Assembly: GCA_036149055.1 (NCBI GenBank) | Contig: JAYZQJ010000169.1 | Location: 1 to 47,667 of the forward strand | From: Myxococcota bacterium | GTDB taxonomy: Bacteria; Myxococcota_A; Polyangia; Polyangiales; Sandaracinaceae | DNA length: 47,667 bases | Direction: 5' to 3' | Shown: one piece after another, positions 39,622 through 47,667 of the stretch | Position numbering within the stretch: the first letter of the stretch is position 1 | Layout: each line of letters opens with the position of its first letter | Notes under the pieces: generated by a model | What the model was told of the DNA's origin: nothing | Databases searched by the model: none | Seen by the model: the letters and a program-made list of their open reading frames with translations, nothing else | Program-made: the position numbers and the translations under genes

Positions 39622-40767
39622 ATGGCCGTGACCTGCGCCGCCCTGCTCTCGGTGGCCTGCGGGGGAGGCGCCAGCGCCGGGCGGACCACGACGGTGCTGC
39701 TGGTGCCGAGCGGAGACGCCGCCGAGAGCTCGGAGGCCGAGCGGGTGCTCCGGCGCCGCATCACCGAGCGCGAGGACCTCGAGCTGACCAGCCTCGCCCG
39801 GCTGGCCTCCCTGGCCGCGGACGCCGAAGGAGAGGACACGGACGCGGTCGAGATGGAGGCCCAGCGCCGGATGGCGGACGCCGACGAGGCGTTCTCCAAC
39901 TTCGACTACGCGGGCGCGACCACCCAGCTCGCCGAGGCGCTCGAGCTGCTGCGGCCGCTCGCCCGGCGCGCCACCGGTCGGCAGCGCCTCGCCGCGCTCC
40001 ACCTCCAGCTCGCGAACGTGCTGCAGGTGCACGGCGAGCGGGACGCGGCGATCGAGGAGCTGCGCACCTGCCGCCACGTCGACCCCGAGTGCCGGCCCGA
40101 CCCGGCCCGCCATCCGCCGGAGCTGATCACCCTCTTCGAGGAGGCGACGGCCGAGACCGCGCGGGCGGCCTCGCTGCGCATCACGACCGATCCGCCGGGC
40201 GCGTCGGTCAGCGTCGACGGCTCGCCGCCCAGGGCGTCGCCGGCCACCTTCGAGGCGCTCTCGCCCGGACGCCACTACGTCACCATCGAGCGCGACGGGT
40301 TCCGGCCGGAGGCGCAGCTCGTCAACGTGGCCGCCGGCGAGCCCACCGAGCGCGCGATCGCGCTGACCGCCGGCGCCGAGCCCGCGCGCGCGCAGGCCGC
40401 CTTGCGCTCGCTGCGAGGTCGAGGCCCGGACGCGGAGCCGCTGTGGCGCGCCCAGGCGGCGGCGCTGACCGAGGCCGACGTGCTGCTCGTGCTCCGGCTC
40501 GATCGGGAGGCGTTCCGGCTGGCGCTCTTCGACGCTCGCGGCGCGCCGCTCGGGGACGCGCTCGAGCGCGACCGCGACGACGCGAGCGCGGCCCTCACTC
40601 ACCTGGAACAGACCCTGCCCGAGCCCACCCTGCCCTGGTACGGCCAGTGGTACTTCTGGGTGCCGGTCTCGGCCGGCGTCACCTTCGTGCTCGTGACCGC
40701 GGCGCTGATCGTGCTGGTCGAGCCGGACGTGCACCTGGTCGGGGGATCGGTGACCGATGGCTTCTGA
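39622..40767 (+). CDS. TPR-like plus PEGA domain lipoprotein
   Basis: LLSVAC lipobox; helical region; ITTDPPGASVSVDG..LSPGRHYVTIERDGF; PWYGQWYFW before a C-terminal TM. Confidence 0.82.
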   Translation: MAVTCAALLSVACGGGASAGRTTTVLLVPSGDAAESSEAERVLRRRITEREDLELTSLARLASLAADAEGEDTDAVEMEAQRRMADADEAFSNFDYAGATTQLAEALELLRPLARRATGRQRLAALHLQLANVLQVHGERDAAIEELRTCRHVDPECRPDPARHPPELITLFEEATAETARAASLRITTDPPGASVSVDGSPPRASPATFEALSPGRHYVTIERDGFRPEAQLVNVAAGEPTERAIALTAGAEPARAQAALRSLRGRGPDAEPLWRAQAAALTEADVLLVLRLDREAFRLALFDARGAPLGDALERDRDDASAALTHLEQTLPEPTLPWYGQWYFWVPVSAGVTFVLVTAALIVLVEPDVHLVGGSVTDGF

Positions 40768-41224
40768 GCGATGGGCCTGGCTGGCCGCGCTCGTGCTCGC
40801 GGCCGGCTGCAGCGACAGCGGCTTCCGCCGCGTCGACCTCGCCTTCCAGGTGCCGGGCATGTGCGGCGACGCGCAGGTCGACGGCGGCGCGCCCGAGCCG
40901 GCCTGTCCCCTGGGCGCGGTCGGCTCGTTTCGCACGGAGCTGCTCCGGGTCGACGGCACCCAGGGGGTGGAGCCGGACTGCATCCCCGCGCTGCACGCCA
41001 CCACCGGAGAGCGCCTCTGCGGCTGGAGCGACCTGATCGACCTCAAGTACCTGCGGCGCGGCTCGCCCTCGGACGGCGTCGACATCCTGATCACCGGCTG
41101 GACCGGAGACGACTGCGACGGGAACCTCGCGCTGCGCTGCGAGAGCCTCGGCGACGGGGTGATCGAGCTGGGCACCATCGAGGAGGTCGCGGTCTGGTGC
41201 GACTGCCCGCTGATCACTCCCTGA
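40757..41224 (+). CDS. Cys-rich lipoprotein
   Basis: LAAGC lipobox; several Cys; overlaps upstream stop. Confidence 0.72.
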   Translation: MASERWAWLAALVLAAGCSDSGFRRVDLAFQVPGMCGDAQVDGGAPEPACPLGAVGSFRTELLRVDGTQGVEPDCIPALHATTGERLCGWSDLIDLKYLRRGSPSDGVDILITGWTGDDCDGNLALRCESLGDGVIELGTIEEVAVWCDCPLITP

Positions 41225-42053
41225 GGTCGACCGGCTCGAGGCGGAAGCGCAGCCGGAGATCGTAGCCGTCGACGAAGCCGTTCTCGGGCGTGCACTCCGC
41301 GAGAGGCCGCCGCTCCTCCGCCCCCGCCTCCCGGCAGCCGACCACCTCGCCGCCCTCGGCGATCCAGCGCTCGAGCCCGTCCTCGTCGAGGTCCACGTCG
41401 GGCTGGAGATCCTCGACGATCAGCATGTCGAGCACGGAGCGCGCGTCGCCCTCGACCACCGTCAACCCGGCGAGCTGCTGCGGCGGCCAGACGGTGTCGG
41501 CCTCGCCGGTGTTGAACGCGAAGCCGGGGCCGTCGGAGCCGGGGCCGCGCGAGCTCAGCTCCCGCCCGCGCACGGTCAGCGCCCACCAGGTGGGGAAGGC
41601 GCCGAGGGTCGCGTCGCCGATCTGGAAGCGGCCGAGCGGGATGCGCCCGTCGACCGTCGCGCCGTCGATGAACACCGGACCGCGCACCCGGACGTCGCGC
41701 GTGCGGGCGTCCTCGTAGCTCACCGGCTGCACCAGCAGGATCCCCGCGCCGTCACAGGGCTCGCCCTCCTCGACCGTGGTGAGCACGAAGCTCGCCGTGC
41801 CGAAGCCCTGGCCGTCGACGACCTCGCCTTCGATGTGGAGCGCCACGGGCTGGCCACCGCCGCAAGCCACGAGCTCGAAGAGATCTTCGAACTGGGCCGC
41901 GAGCTCGGGGTTGCGGCGGAAGAGCTCCCCGGGCTGGGTCACCGCGTCGACGGTGAGCCGCTGGATCACGAGCGAGCGGCTGAACGGCTCGGGCTGCGGC
42001 TCGGCGCATCCGGCGAACGCGAGCAGCGTCGACACGAGGTAGGCGAAGCGCAC
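41214..42053 (-). CDS. Hypothetical lipoprotein
   Basis: LAFAGC lipobox; QPDVDLDEDGLE Ca-binding-like motif. Confidence 0.75.
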   Translation of the reverse strand: MRFAYLVSTLLAFAGCAEPQPEPFSRSLVIQRLTVDAVTQPGELFRRNPELAAQFEDLFELVACGGGQPVALHIEGEVVDGQGFGTASFVLTTVEEGEPCDGAGILLVQPVSYEDARTRDVRVRGPVFIDGATVDGRIPLGRFQIGDATLGAFPTWWALTVRGRELSSRGPGSDGPGFAFNTGEADTVWPPQQLAGLTVVEGDARSVLDMLIVEDLQPDVDLDEDGLERWIAEGGEVVGCREAGAEERRPLAECTPENGFVDGYDLRLRFRLEPVDLRE

Positions 42054-42068
42054 GCGCTCAGCATACTC

Positions 42069-43550
42069 TCATTGGCCCGCGTCGGCCCCGGCCGCCTCGC
42101 GCAGGAACGTCTGGCTGGAGGCGCGCGGCCGACCGAGGGCGGACACCCCGGCGAGGAGCGCGACGTTGAGGGTCACGCCGTAGAGCCCGGCGTGGATCGG
42201 GAGCGGCCGCAGCTCGGGGAAGGCGACGAAGAGCACGGTGAGCGCGGAGCCGCCGAGCAGCCCGGCGAGCACGCCCGCCCCGGTGGCCCGCTCGACGTAG
42301 AGGCAGGCGATCAGCGCGGGCATGAACTGCACGACCGCGCCGTAGGCGCTCAGGAGGAGGAAGACGAGCGAGCCGTCGTAGAGGATCGCGACGCCGTAGG
42401 CGACGACGAGGTAGAGGGCGACGAGCGCGCGGATGGCGCCGAGCTCGCGATCCGGCGAGAGGCGCCGCGAGAGCGCGGTGACCCAGCCGTCGCGCACGGT
42501 GATGGAGGCCACCGCGTGCAGCATCGCGTCGCCGCTCGACATGCTCGCCGCGAGCGCGCCGGCGCAGAAGAGCCCGACGAGCCACGGCGACAGCTCGAGC
42601 CGCATGAGCAGGTGCGGGAGGATCTGATCGGCCTGATCCGGCGCCGGCGCGAAGCCGACCCCGGCGAAGCCGATGAGGAAGAGCGGCACCAGGAAGATCT
42701 GGAACGTCGGGTAGAGCAGCACGGTGCGGCGCAGCGTCTCGTCGCTCTTCGCGGTGAACGCCTTCATGAACAGGTGCGGCCAGGCGCTGAAGCCGATGAT
42801 GCTCACGATCACGGCGCTGCTGTACTCGGCCCAGTGCCACGGCTCGCCCGACGACGTGAGGCCGGGCGCCGCGAGCAGCTCCGGCCGCGACGCCGCGATC
42901 TCCTCGAACATCGCCGTCACCGAGCCGTGCCGGAGCGCGGGCAGGTAGAGGCCGAGGCCCCACGCGAGCGCGATCATGAACACGCCCTGGAAGGTGTTGG
43001 TCCAGCCGACGCCGAGCACCCCGCTCTTCAGCACGTAGACGAGGACCACCCCGTAGACGATGGCGGCTCCGAGCGCCTCCGGGACCGCGCCGTCGGTGAC
43101 CGTCTCGAGCACCAGGCCCGCGCCCTTCATCTGGAGCGCGAGGTAGGGCACGAAGGCGACCGCGCTCACCAGCGCCATCACGCCCGCGAGGGCCGGCGTC
43201 TCGAAGCGCGCCGCGATCATCTCCGCCTGGGTCACGAAGCCGCGCGCTCGCCCCAGCCGCGCCGCGCGCGGGCCGAGGAAGTAGAAGGGCACGAAGCCCA
43301 GCGCCCCGTAGCCGAGGATGTAGAAGGCGGCCGCGCCCCGCGAGTACGCCCAGCCGGGCAGCCCGAGGAAGGCGAACGCGCTGAAGATGGTCGCGCCGGT
43401 GATGAAGTACATCAGCAGCAGGCCGAGCCCGCGGTCCCCGGCCACGTAGAGGCTCGTGCTGGCCGCCTTGCCCCGGCTCGACAGGGTCCCGAGCGCGACG
43501 CAGGCGAGCAGGTAGACCGCGCAGACGGAGACGACGATCGCGCCGCTCAT
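42069..43550 (-). CDS. Sodium:solute symporter family permease (MctP/YhjB-like)
   Basis: YVAGDR, FSAFAFLGLPGWAY, YLALQMKGAG, WTNTFQG, GALAASMSS; ATG 43550 overlaps upstream stop. Confidence 0.92.
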   Translation of the reverse strand: MSGAIVVSVCAVYLLACVALGTLSSRGKAASTSLYVAGDRGLGLLLMYFITGATIFSAFAFLGLPGWAYSRGAAAFYILGYGALGFVPFYFLGPRAARLGRARGFVTQAEMIAARFETPALAGVMALVSAVAFVPYLALQMKGAGLVLETVTDGAVPEALGAAIVYGVVLVYVLKSGVLGVGWTNTFQGVFMIALAWGLGLYLPALRHGSVTAMFEEIAASRPELLAAPGLTSSGEPWHWAEYSSAVIVSIIGFSAWPHLFMKAFTAKSDETLRRTVLLYPTFQIFLVPLFLIGFAGVGFAPAPDQADQILPHLLMRLELSPWLVGLFCAGALAASMSSGDAMLHAVASITVRDGWVTALSRRLSPDRELGAIRALVALYLVVAYGVAILYDGSLVFLLLSAYGAVVQFMPALIACLYVERATGAGVLAGLLGGSALTVLFVAFPELRPLPIHAGLYGVTLNVALLAGVSALGRPRASSQTFLREAAGADAGQ

Positions 43551-43741
43551 CGTCGCCGCCCCGTCAGGTGGTAGGCGCCGAGCACGAAGAAGGTGAGCAC
43601 CACCCAGCCGACGTTCCACGCCAGGCTCGTGGGCACGCCGAGCACGAGCGCGGGGGCCCGCGCGGTGAGCCAGCCGAGCCCCGGCCAGGTGATCGCGGCG
43701 AGGCAGACGAGGGCGTAGAGAAAGAACGCGAGGTTGCGCAT
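43547..43741 (-). CDS. Small two-TM SSS partner protein (DUF3311-like)
   Basis: MRNLAFFLYALVCLAAITWPGLGWLTARAPALVLGVPTSLAWNVGWVVLTFFVLGAYHLTGRRR; coupled to both neighbours. Confidence 0.8.
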   Translation of the reverse strand: MRNLAFFLYALVCLAAITWPGLGWLTARAPALVLGVPTSLAWNVGWVVLTFFVLGAYHLTGRRR

Positions 43742-45828
43742 CAACGCTCGCTCCGCTCGGGCGGATCGACGCCGAGCGCGCGCATGCGGGCGAAGAGCTC
43801 GCGCATGGTGAACGGCTTGGCGATCAGGCGCGCCAGGACGCGCTCGTCGAGCGAGGCCTCGGGGTAGCCGGACATGAAGAGGAAGGTCGCCTGCGGGAGC
43901 AGCTCGGCGAGCGCGTCGGCGAGCGCCGGGCCGTCCTCGGCGCCGAGGTGCACGTCGCAGAGCACCAGGTCGATCTCGGGATCCGCCGCCGCGATCCGCC
44001 GCGCCTGGTCCGGCCCGGTCGCGCACCTCACCTCGAAGCCGCCGCGCTCCAGCATCGAGCCCACCGCCTCGAGCACCGCGGCCTCGTCGTCGACGACCAG
44101 CACCCGGTCGGCGCCCGCCCGGGCCGCCGGCGCGATCGCCTCGCTCTCGGCCGAGAGCGGCCAGTAGATCGAGAACACGCTGCCCCGACCGGGCTCGCTC
44201 TCCACCTCGATGCGACCGGAGGCGCCGTTGACCAGCGCGAAGACGGTGGCGAGGCCCAGCCCCATGCCGCCCTCGTCGGCCCGCGACGTGAAGAAGGGCT
44301 CGAAGACGCGCCGCTGGGTCTCCCGGTCCATGCCGCGTCCGTCGTCCTCGAAGCGAAGCCGCACGTAGGCCCCCTCGGGCAGCGCGATGGCCGCGCCCTC
44401 CTCGCTGCCGAGCACGATCCGGCCGCACGACACGCGCAGGGAGCCTCCCTCGGGCATCGCGTCGCGCGCGTTGGTGGTGAGGTTGAGCAGGATCTGATCG
44501 AGGGCGCCCTCCTCCAGCCGCACCGGCGTCGGCGCCGCCTCGAGCTGGAGCGAGAGCTCGACCCCGTCGCCGCAGAGGCGCTCGAGCATGGGACGCGCCC
44601 CGCGGAGAGCGTCGACCACGTCCACGTCCACCGTCTGGGCGACCCGGCCGCTCGCGAGGCCGAGCAGCTTGCGGGTGAGCTGCGCCGCGCGCCCCGCCGC
44701 GTCGTCGATGTCCGAGACCCAGCGCGTCTGGTCGTCGGGCCGCATGGGCTGCGAGAGGAGCAGGCTCGTGCCGGCGCGGATCACGGTGAGCAGGTTGTTG
44801 AAGTCGTGGGCCACGCCGCCCGCGAGGCGCCCGAGGGCCTCCATGTTGCGCTGCCGATCGAGGATCTCCTGGAGCCGGCGGCGCTCGGTGACGTCGCGCA
44901 GGATCCCCTCGAAGTGCGAGGGCCGGCCCTCGGCGTCCTCCACCAGGGTCCCGTGCACGACCGCGCGGAGCGGGCTGCCGTCGACGCGCCGCAGCTGCAG
45001 CTCGGTCGGGCTCGACGACGCCACCGCCTCGCGGAGCCGGCGGCCCTCGTCGTCCTGCTGCTCGGCCAGGTGGCGCGCGAGGTCCGCCTCGAGGAGCGCC
45101 TCGACCGAGTCGAACCCGAGCATCTGAGCGAGCGCGGGGTTGGCGCTGCCCACCCGCCCGGAGAGGGACACCTCGAACACACCGACCGGCAAGTTGTCGA
45201 GCAGCGCGCGGTGCCGGCGGGCGAGGTCTCGCTCGTCCCGGAGCGCCCGCTCGTTGGCGACCACGAGGAAGCCGACCGCGATCAGCGGCTCGAGCACCGC
45301 GGCCAGCGCGTAGCCCCAGGGCGCGGCCGACGGGATCGGGCGGAGGAAGGGGTAGTCGAGCTGATGCAGCCCCCAGACGACGAGCACCGCCCCGGCGAAC
45401 CAGCGGGCGCTCGTGCGCTCCGCCCGCCAGACGAGGACCCCGGACGCGACGCTGGTCAGCCCGAGGAAGACGAAGGTCGGCAGGGTGAGCGCGAGGAACG
45501 GGAGCGCGAGCGTGTGTCCGATCACGATCCACGCCGCTCCGACGAGCGCCAGCGCGCCGAGGCGTCGGGGCACCCGCCGGCCGGTGAGCGTGAGCGCGCC
45601 CGCGAGCACGAGGAGCGCCTGGCCGAGCGCCGCGAGCTGCTCGAGCGTGGTGAAGACCGCGACGCCCGACAGCGCCGCCGCCACGCTCATGCCGTGTCGC
45701 AGCGCGGTCGCGGCGAGCGCCGACGTCCACCAGCCGAGGAACGGCTCGCGGCGCGACCGGTAGAGGTAGGCGAAGACGCCGGCCAGGACCACGGCCTCGA
45801 CGAGCGTCATGAGCAGGGCGGGGAGCAT
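43741..45828 (-). CDS. Hybrid sensor histidine kinase (multi-TM sensor, PAS, HisKA, HATPase, receiver)
   Basis: AGGVAHDFNNLL, NARDAMP, DDGRGMD, FEPFFT, GMGLGL, VLVVDDE, FMSGY. Confidence 0.93.
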   Translation of the reverse strand: MLPALLMTLVEAVVLAGVFAYLYRSRREPFLGWWTSALAATALRHGMSVAAALSGVAVFTTLEQLAALGQALLVLAGALTLTGRRVPRRLGALALVGAAWIVIGHTLALPFLALTLPTFVFLGLTSVASGVLVWRAERTSARWFAGAVLVVWGLHQLDYPFLRPIPSAAPWGYALAAVLEPLIAVGFLVVANERALRDERDLARRHRALLDNLPVGVFEVSLSGRVGSANPALAQMLGFDSVEALLEADLARHLAEQQDDEGRRLREAVASSSPTELQLRRVDGSPLRAVVHGTLVEDAEGRPSHFEGILRDVTERRRLQEILDRQRNMEALGRLAGGVAHDFNNLLTVIRAGTSLLLSQPMRPDDQTRWVSDIDDAAGRAAQLTRKLLGLASGRVAQTVDVDVVDALRGARPMLERLCGDGVELSLQLEAAPTPVRLEEGALDQILLNLTTNARDAMPEGGSLRVSCGRIVLGSEEGAAIALPEGAYVRLRFEDDGRGMDRETQRRVFEPFFTSRADEGGMGLGLATVFALVNGASGRIEVESEPGRGSVFSIYWPLSAESEAIAPAARAGADRVLVVDDEAAVLEAVGSMLERGGFEVRCATGPDQARRIAAADPEIDLVLCDVHLGAEDGPALADALAELLPQATFLFMSGYPEASLDERVLARLIAKPFTMRELFARMRALGVDPPERSER

Positions 45829-45927
45829 CCCGACCCGACGATAGCCGGAGCCGCCGTCCCGGCGACAGCCGTGGTTAAGGATTTAGTAAGAAGTCGCACT
45901 TCCAACTTTTGACATAGGGTGCGCCGC

Positions 45928-46521
45928 GTGACCCACCGCACTCACCTCTCTCCCGTCGTCCTCACCTGCCTCGTCACCGCGCTCGTGATCGCGTGCGACG
46001 GCGAGGCCCCCGGCTCGGTCGACGCCGCCGCGCCCGACGCGACCGCGGCCCCGCCGGTCGTCGACGCTGGCGAGACCGACTCCGGGCGGGTGGACTCCGG
46101 GCGGGGCTCCGACCGGGACGCCGCCGCGCCCGCCGGGGGCGGGAGCCTCGTCGGGTCGATCCGCCGGACCGCGGAGCCACGCGCCGGCGGGGTCGGCCAC
46201 GTCTACGTCGCGGTGTTCGATCGCGACCCGGTGCTGAACCGCGACGACGCGGTCCTGGTCGGCCGTGCCCTCGTCGAGGACGCCGATCTGCGCGCGCCGG
46301 ACGCGACCGTCTCCTACCGCGTGAACGAGGTCCCTCCGCGCGCGGAGCCGTACTTCGTGACCGCGTTCCTCGACGACAACGGCACCGTCGACGCCGCCAA
46401 CCCGGGCCCCGACCGCGGCGACCTCGTCTCGCTCGACGGCCTCGCCTCCCCGAGCGTGACCGTCGATCGCGCCGGGGACGTGCCCTTCGACATCGTGCTC
46501 AACGCCAATCTCCCGTTCTGA
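45928..46521 (+). CDS. Hypothetical lipoprotein
   Basis: LVIAC lipobox; AFLDDNG..PDRGDLV; start GTG 45928 (or 45919). Confidence 0.75.
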   Translation: MTHRTHLSPVVLTCLVTALVIACDGEAPGSVDAAAPDATAAPPVVDAGETDSGRVDSGRGSDRDAAAPAGGGSLVGSIRRTAEPRAGGVGHVYVAVFDRDPVLNRDDAVLVGRALVEDADLRAPDATVSYRVNEVPPRAEPYFVTAFLDDNGTVDAANPGPDRGDLVSLDGLASPSVTVDRAGDVPFDIVLNANLPF

Positions 46522-46574
46522 GCTCTTCGGCGGGTCTCCCATCCCATCCCCATCTCCCGCCCGCCGGAGAGCTC
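46520..46574 (+). other. Intergenic 15-bp stem with C-rich loop upstream of an RBS
   Basis: GAGCTCTTCGGCGGG / CCCGCCGGAGAGCTC (one G-U); loop TCTCCCATCCCATCCCCATCTCCCG. Confidence 0.5.
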
Positions 46575-46595
46575 GGACCTTGCTCTGGAGGTCCC

Positions 46596-47477
46596 ATGTC
46601 CCGCGTCTCGCTCTCGCTCTTCCTCTGCCTCGGCTGCGCGCAGCCGGAGCCCTTCACCGCCGACTGCCTCGAGCTCTCCGAGGCGCGCGCCTACGAGTGC
46701 GTGGAGGCTCGATACTGGCGCGTGTTCCAGGTCGACCGCGCCGATCGGGTCGACGCGCACGCCGACTTCGGCGCCGTCCTCGACGCGCACGCGCCGGGCG
46801 ATCCCGCGCTCTCCCGGGAGCGCGCCAACGTCTACTTCCGCCGCGGGCAGCTCGCGATGGCCATCGCGATCGAGGAGGACGTGGGCGACGATCGGATCCG
46901 CTTCGTCGCCGGCGTGGTCCCCGACTTCGAGGAGACCGAGCGCCTCGCGCCCGACGATCCCATCGTCGTCAGCTGGAAGGCGTCGATGGAGATCGCCGTC
47001 GCCCACGTCACCGGCGACGACGCGCGCGCGGTGGAGCTCTACGACGCGGCGGAGCGAGAGATCCGCGCCGACCCTCTCGGCAACGTGCCCTCGATCAGCG
47101 GCACCGCGATCGGCCTACCGCTCTCGACCGGCGTTCCGGCGCGGGTGATCGAGGCGATCGACGAGTGGGAGTGCCGCGGCGCGGACTTCTGCGAGCGCAA
47201 CACCGAGCACGCGCCGTGGGCGCTCCCCGGCATGGCCTATCACTGGGCGGAGCACTACGCGCGGGTCGGCGATCGCGAGACCACCCTCGCCTACCTCGAC
47301 GAGGCCGCGGCCGCCGACGGCTTCGAGGCGTGGCCCTACCGCTGGGTCGTCGAGGAGGCCCTCGCCGACCCCGACGCCCTCCTCGGCCGATTCGAGGAGC
47401 GCGGTGAAGACGGCAGCTGCTTCGACCTCATGTACGCCAACGCCGACTACGGCTGCGTGTTCTGCCACGCGCCGTGA
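46596..47477 (+). CDS. TPR-like lipoprotein with terminal CxxCH motif
   Basis: GGAGG RBS, MSRVSLSLFLCLGC; helical repeats; ends YGCVFCHAP*. Confidence 0.8.
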   Translation: MSRVSLSLFLCLGCAQPEPFTADCLELSEARAYECVEARYWRVFQVDRADRVDAHADFGAVLDAHAPGDPALSRERANVYFRRGQLAMAIAIEEDVGDDRIRFVAGVVPDFEETERLAPDDPIVVSWKASMEIAVAHVTGDDARAVELYDAAEREIRADPLGNVPSISGTAIGLPLSTGVPARVIEAIDEWECRGADFCERNTEHAPWALPGMAYHWAEHYARVGDRETTLAYLDEAAAADGFEAWPYRWVVEEALADPDALLGRFEERGEDGSCFDLMYANADYGCVFCHAP

Positions 47478-47500
47478 GCCGGCGGAGCTCATTCGCGAGA

Positions 47501-47667
47501 GCGGCTGCGGGGCCGGCAGCGGCTGCGAGGGCGGCAGCGGCTGCGAGGGCGGCAGCGGCTGCGAGGGCGGCAGCGGCTGCGAGGGCGGCAGCGGGGCCGG
47601 CAGCGGCAGCGGAGCCGGCAGCGGCTGCGGGGCCGGCAGCGGCTGCGGGGCCGGCAGCGGCTGCGGG
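47501..47667. repeat. 18-bp GC-rich tandem repeat array running off the window
   Basis: GCGGCTGCGAGGGCGGCA x4 exact (47519-47590) plus GCGGCTGCGGGGCCGGCA variants. Confidence 0.9.

Noticed and set aside
47501..47667. Possible CRISPR array
   Set aside because: Head-to-tail 18-mers with no unique spacers and no cas genes

Overview
High-GC (myxobacterial-like, Polyangiales/Sandaracinaceae-type gene content) chromosomal window with about 42 densely packed genes. Most long ORFs in the supplied track are GC-rich shadow frames. Recognisable content: three surface proteins (TSP3-like Ca-binding lipoprotein, MYXO-CTERM protein, Cys-rich repeat/NIDO-like lipoprotein), GNAT, MFS, pntAB, DUF547, DsbA-like, ligA, alpha/beta hydrolase, glutaredoxin, three Hanks-type Ser/Thr kinases, a PP2C phosphatase, a double GT-C-like membrane protein, an IPNS-like 2OG-Fe(II) oxygenase, a hotdog dehydratase, a D-aminoacylase, a diadenylate cyclase-YbbR fusion, and an SSS permease with DUF3311-like partner and hybrid kinase. 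Best candidate for an undescribed system (21035-25391): a Tat-exported peptide with four [TS]DxDxGxxxDPxGxG repeats that shares a 29-bp divergent promoter region with an operon for a JmjC oxygenase, a membrane-anchored beta-propeller/di-haem c peroxidase-like protein and an MsrQ-like cytochrome b without MsrP. Other highlights: a 116-bp palindromic element with TCAG at both junctions that splits a response regulator; a Fur-box promoter driving a structured leader and a 71-aa His/Cys protein missing from the ORF track; a likely ATT start for pntA; a PqqD/RRE-YkgJ fusion; and widespread apparent leaderless transcription. No rRNA, tRNA, CRISPR array or transposase was seen. All family assignments come from motif recognition by eye, not database searches.
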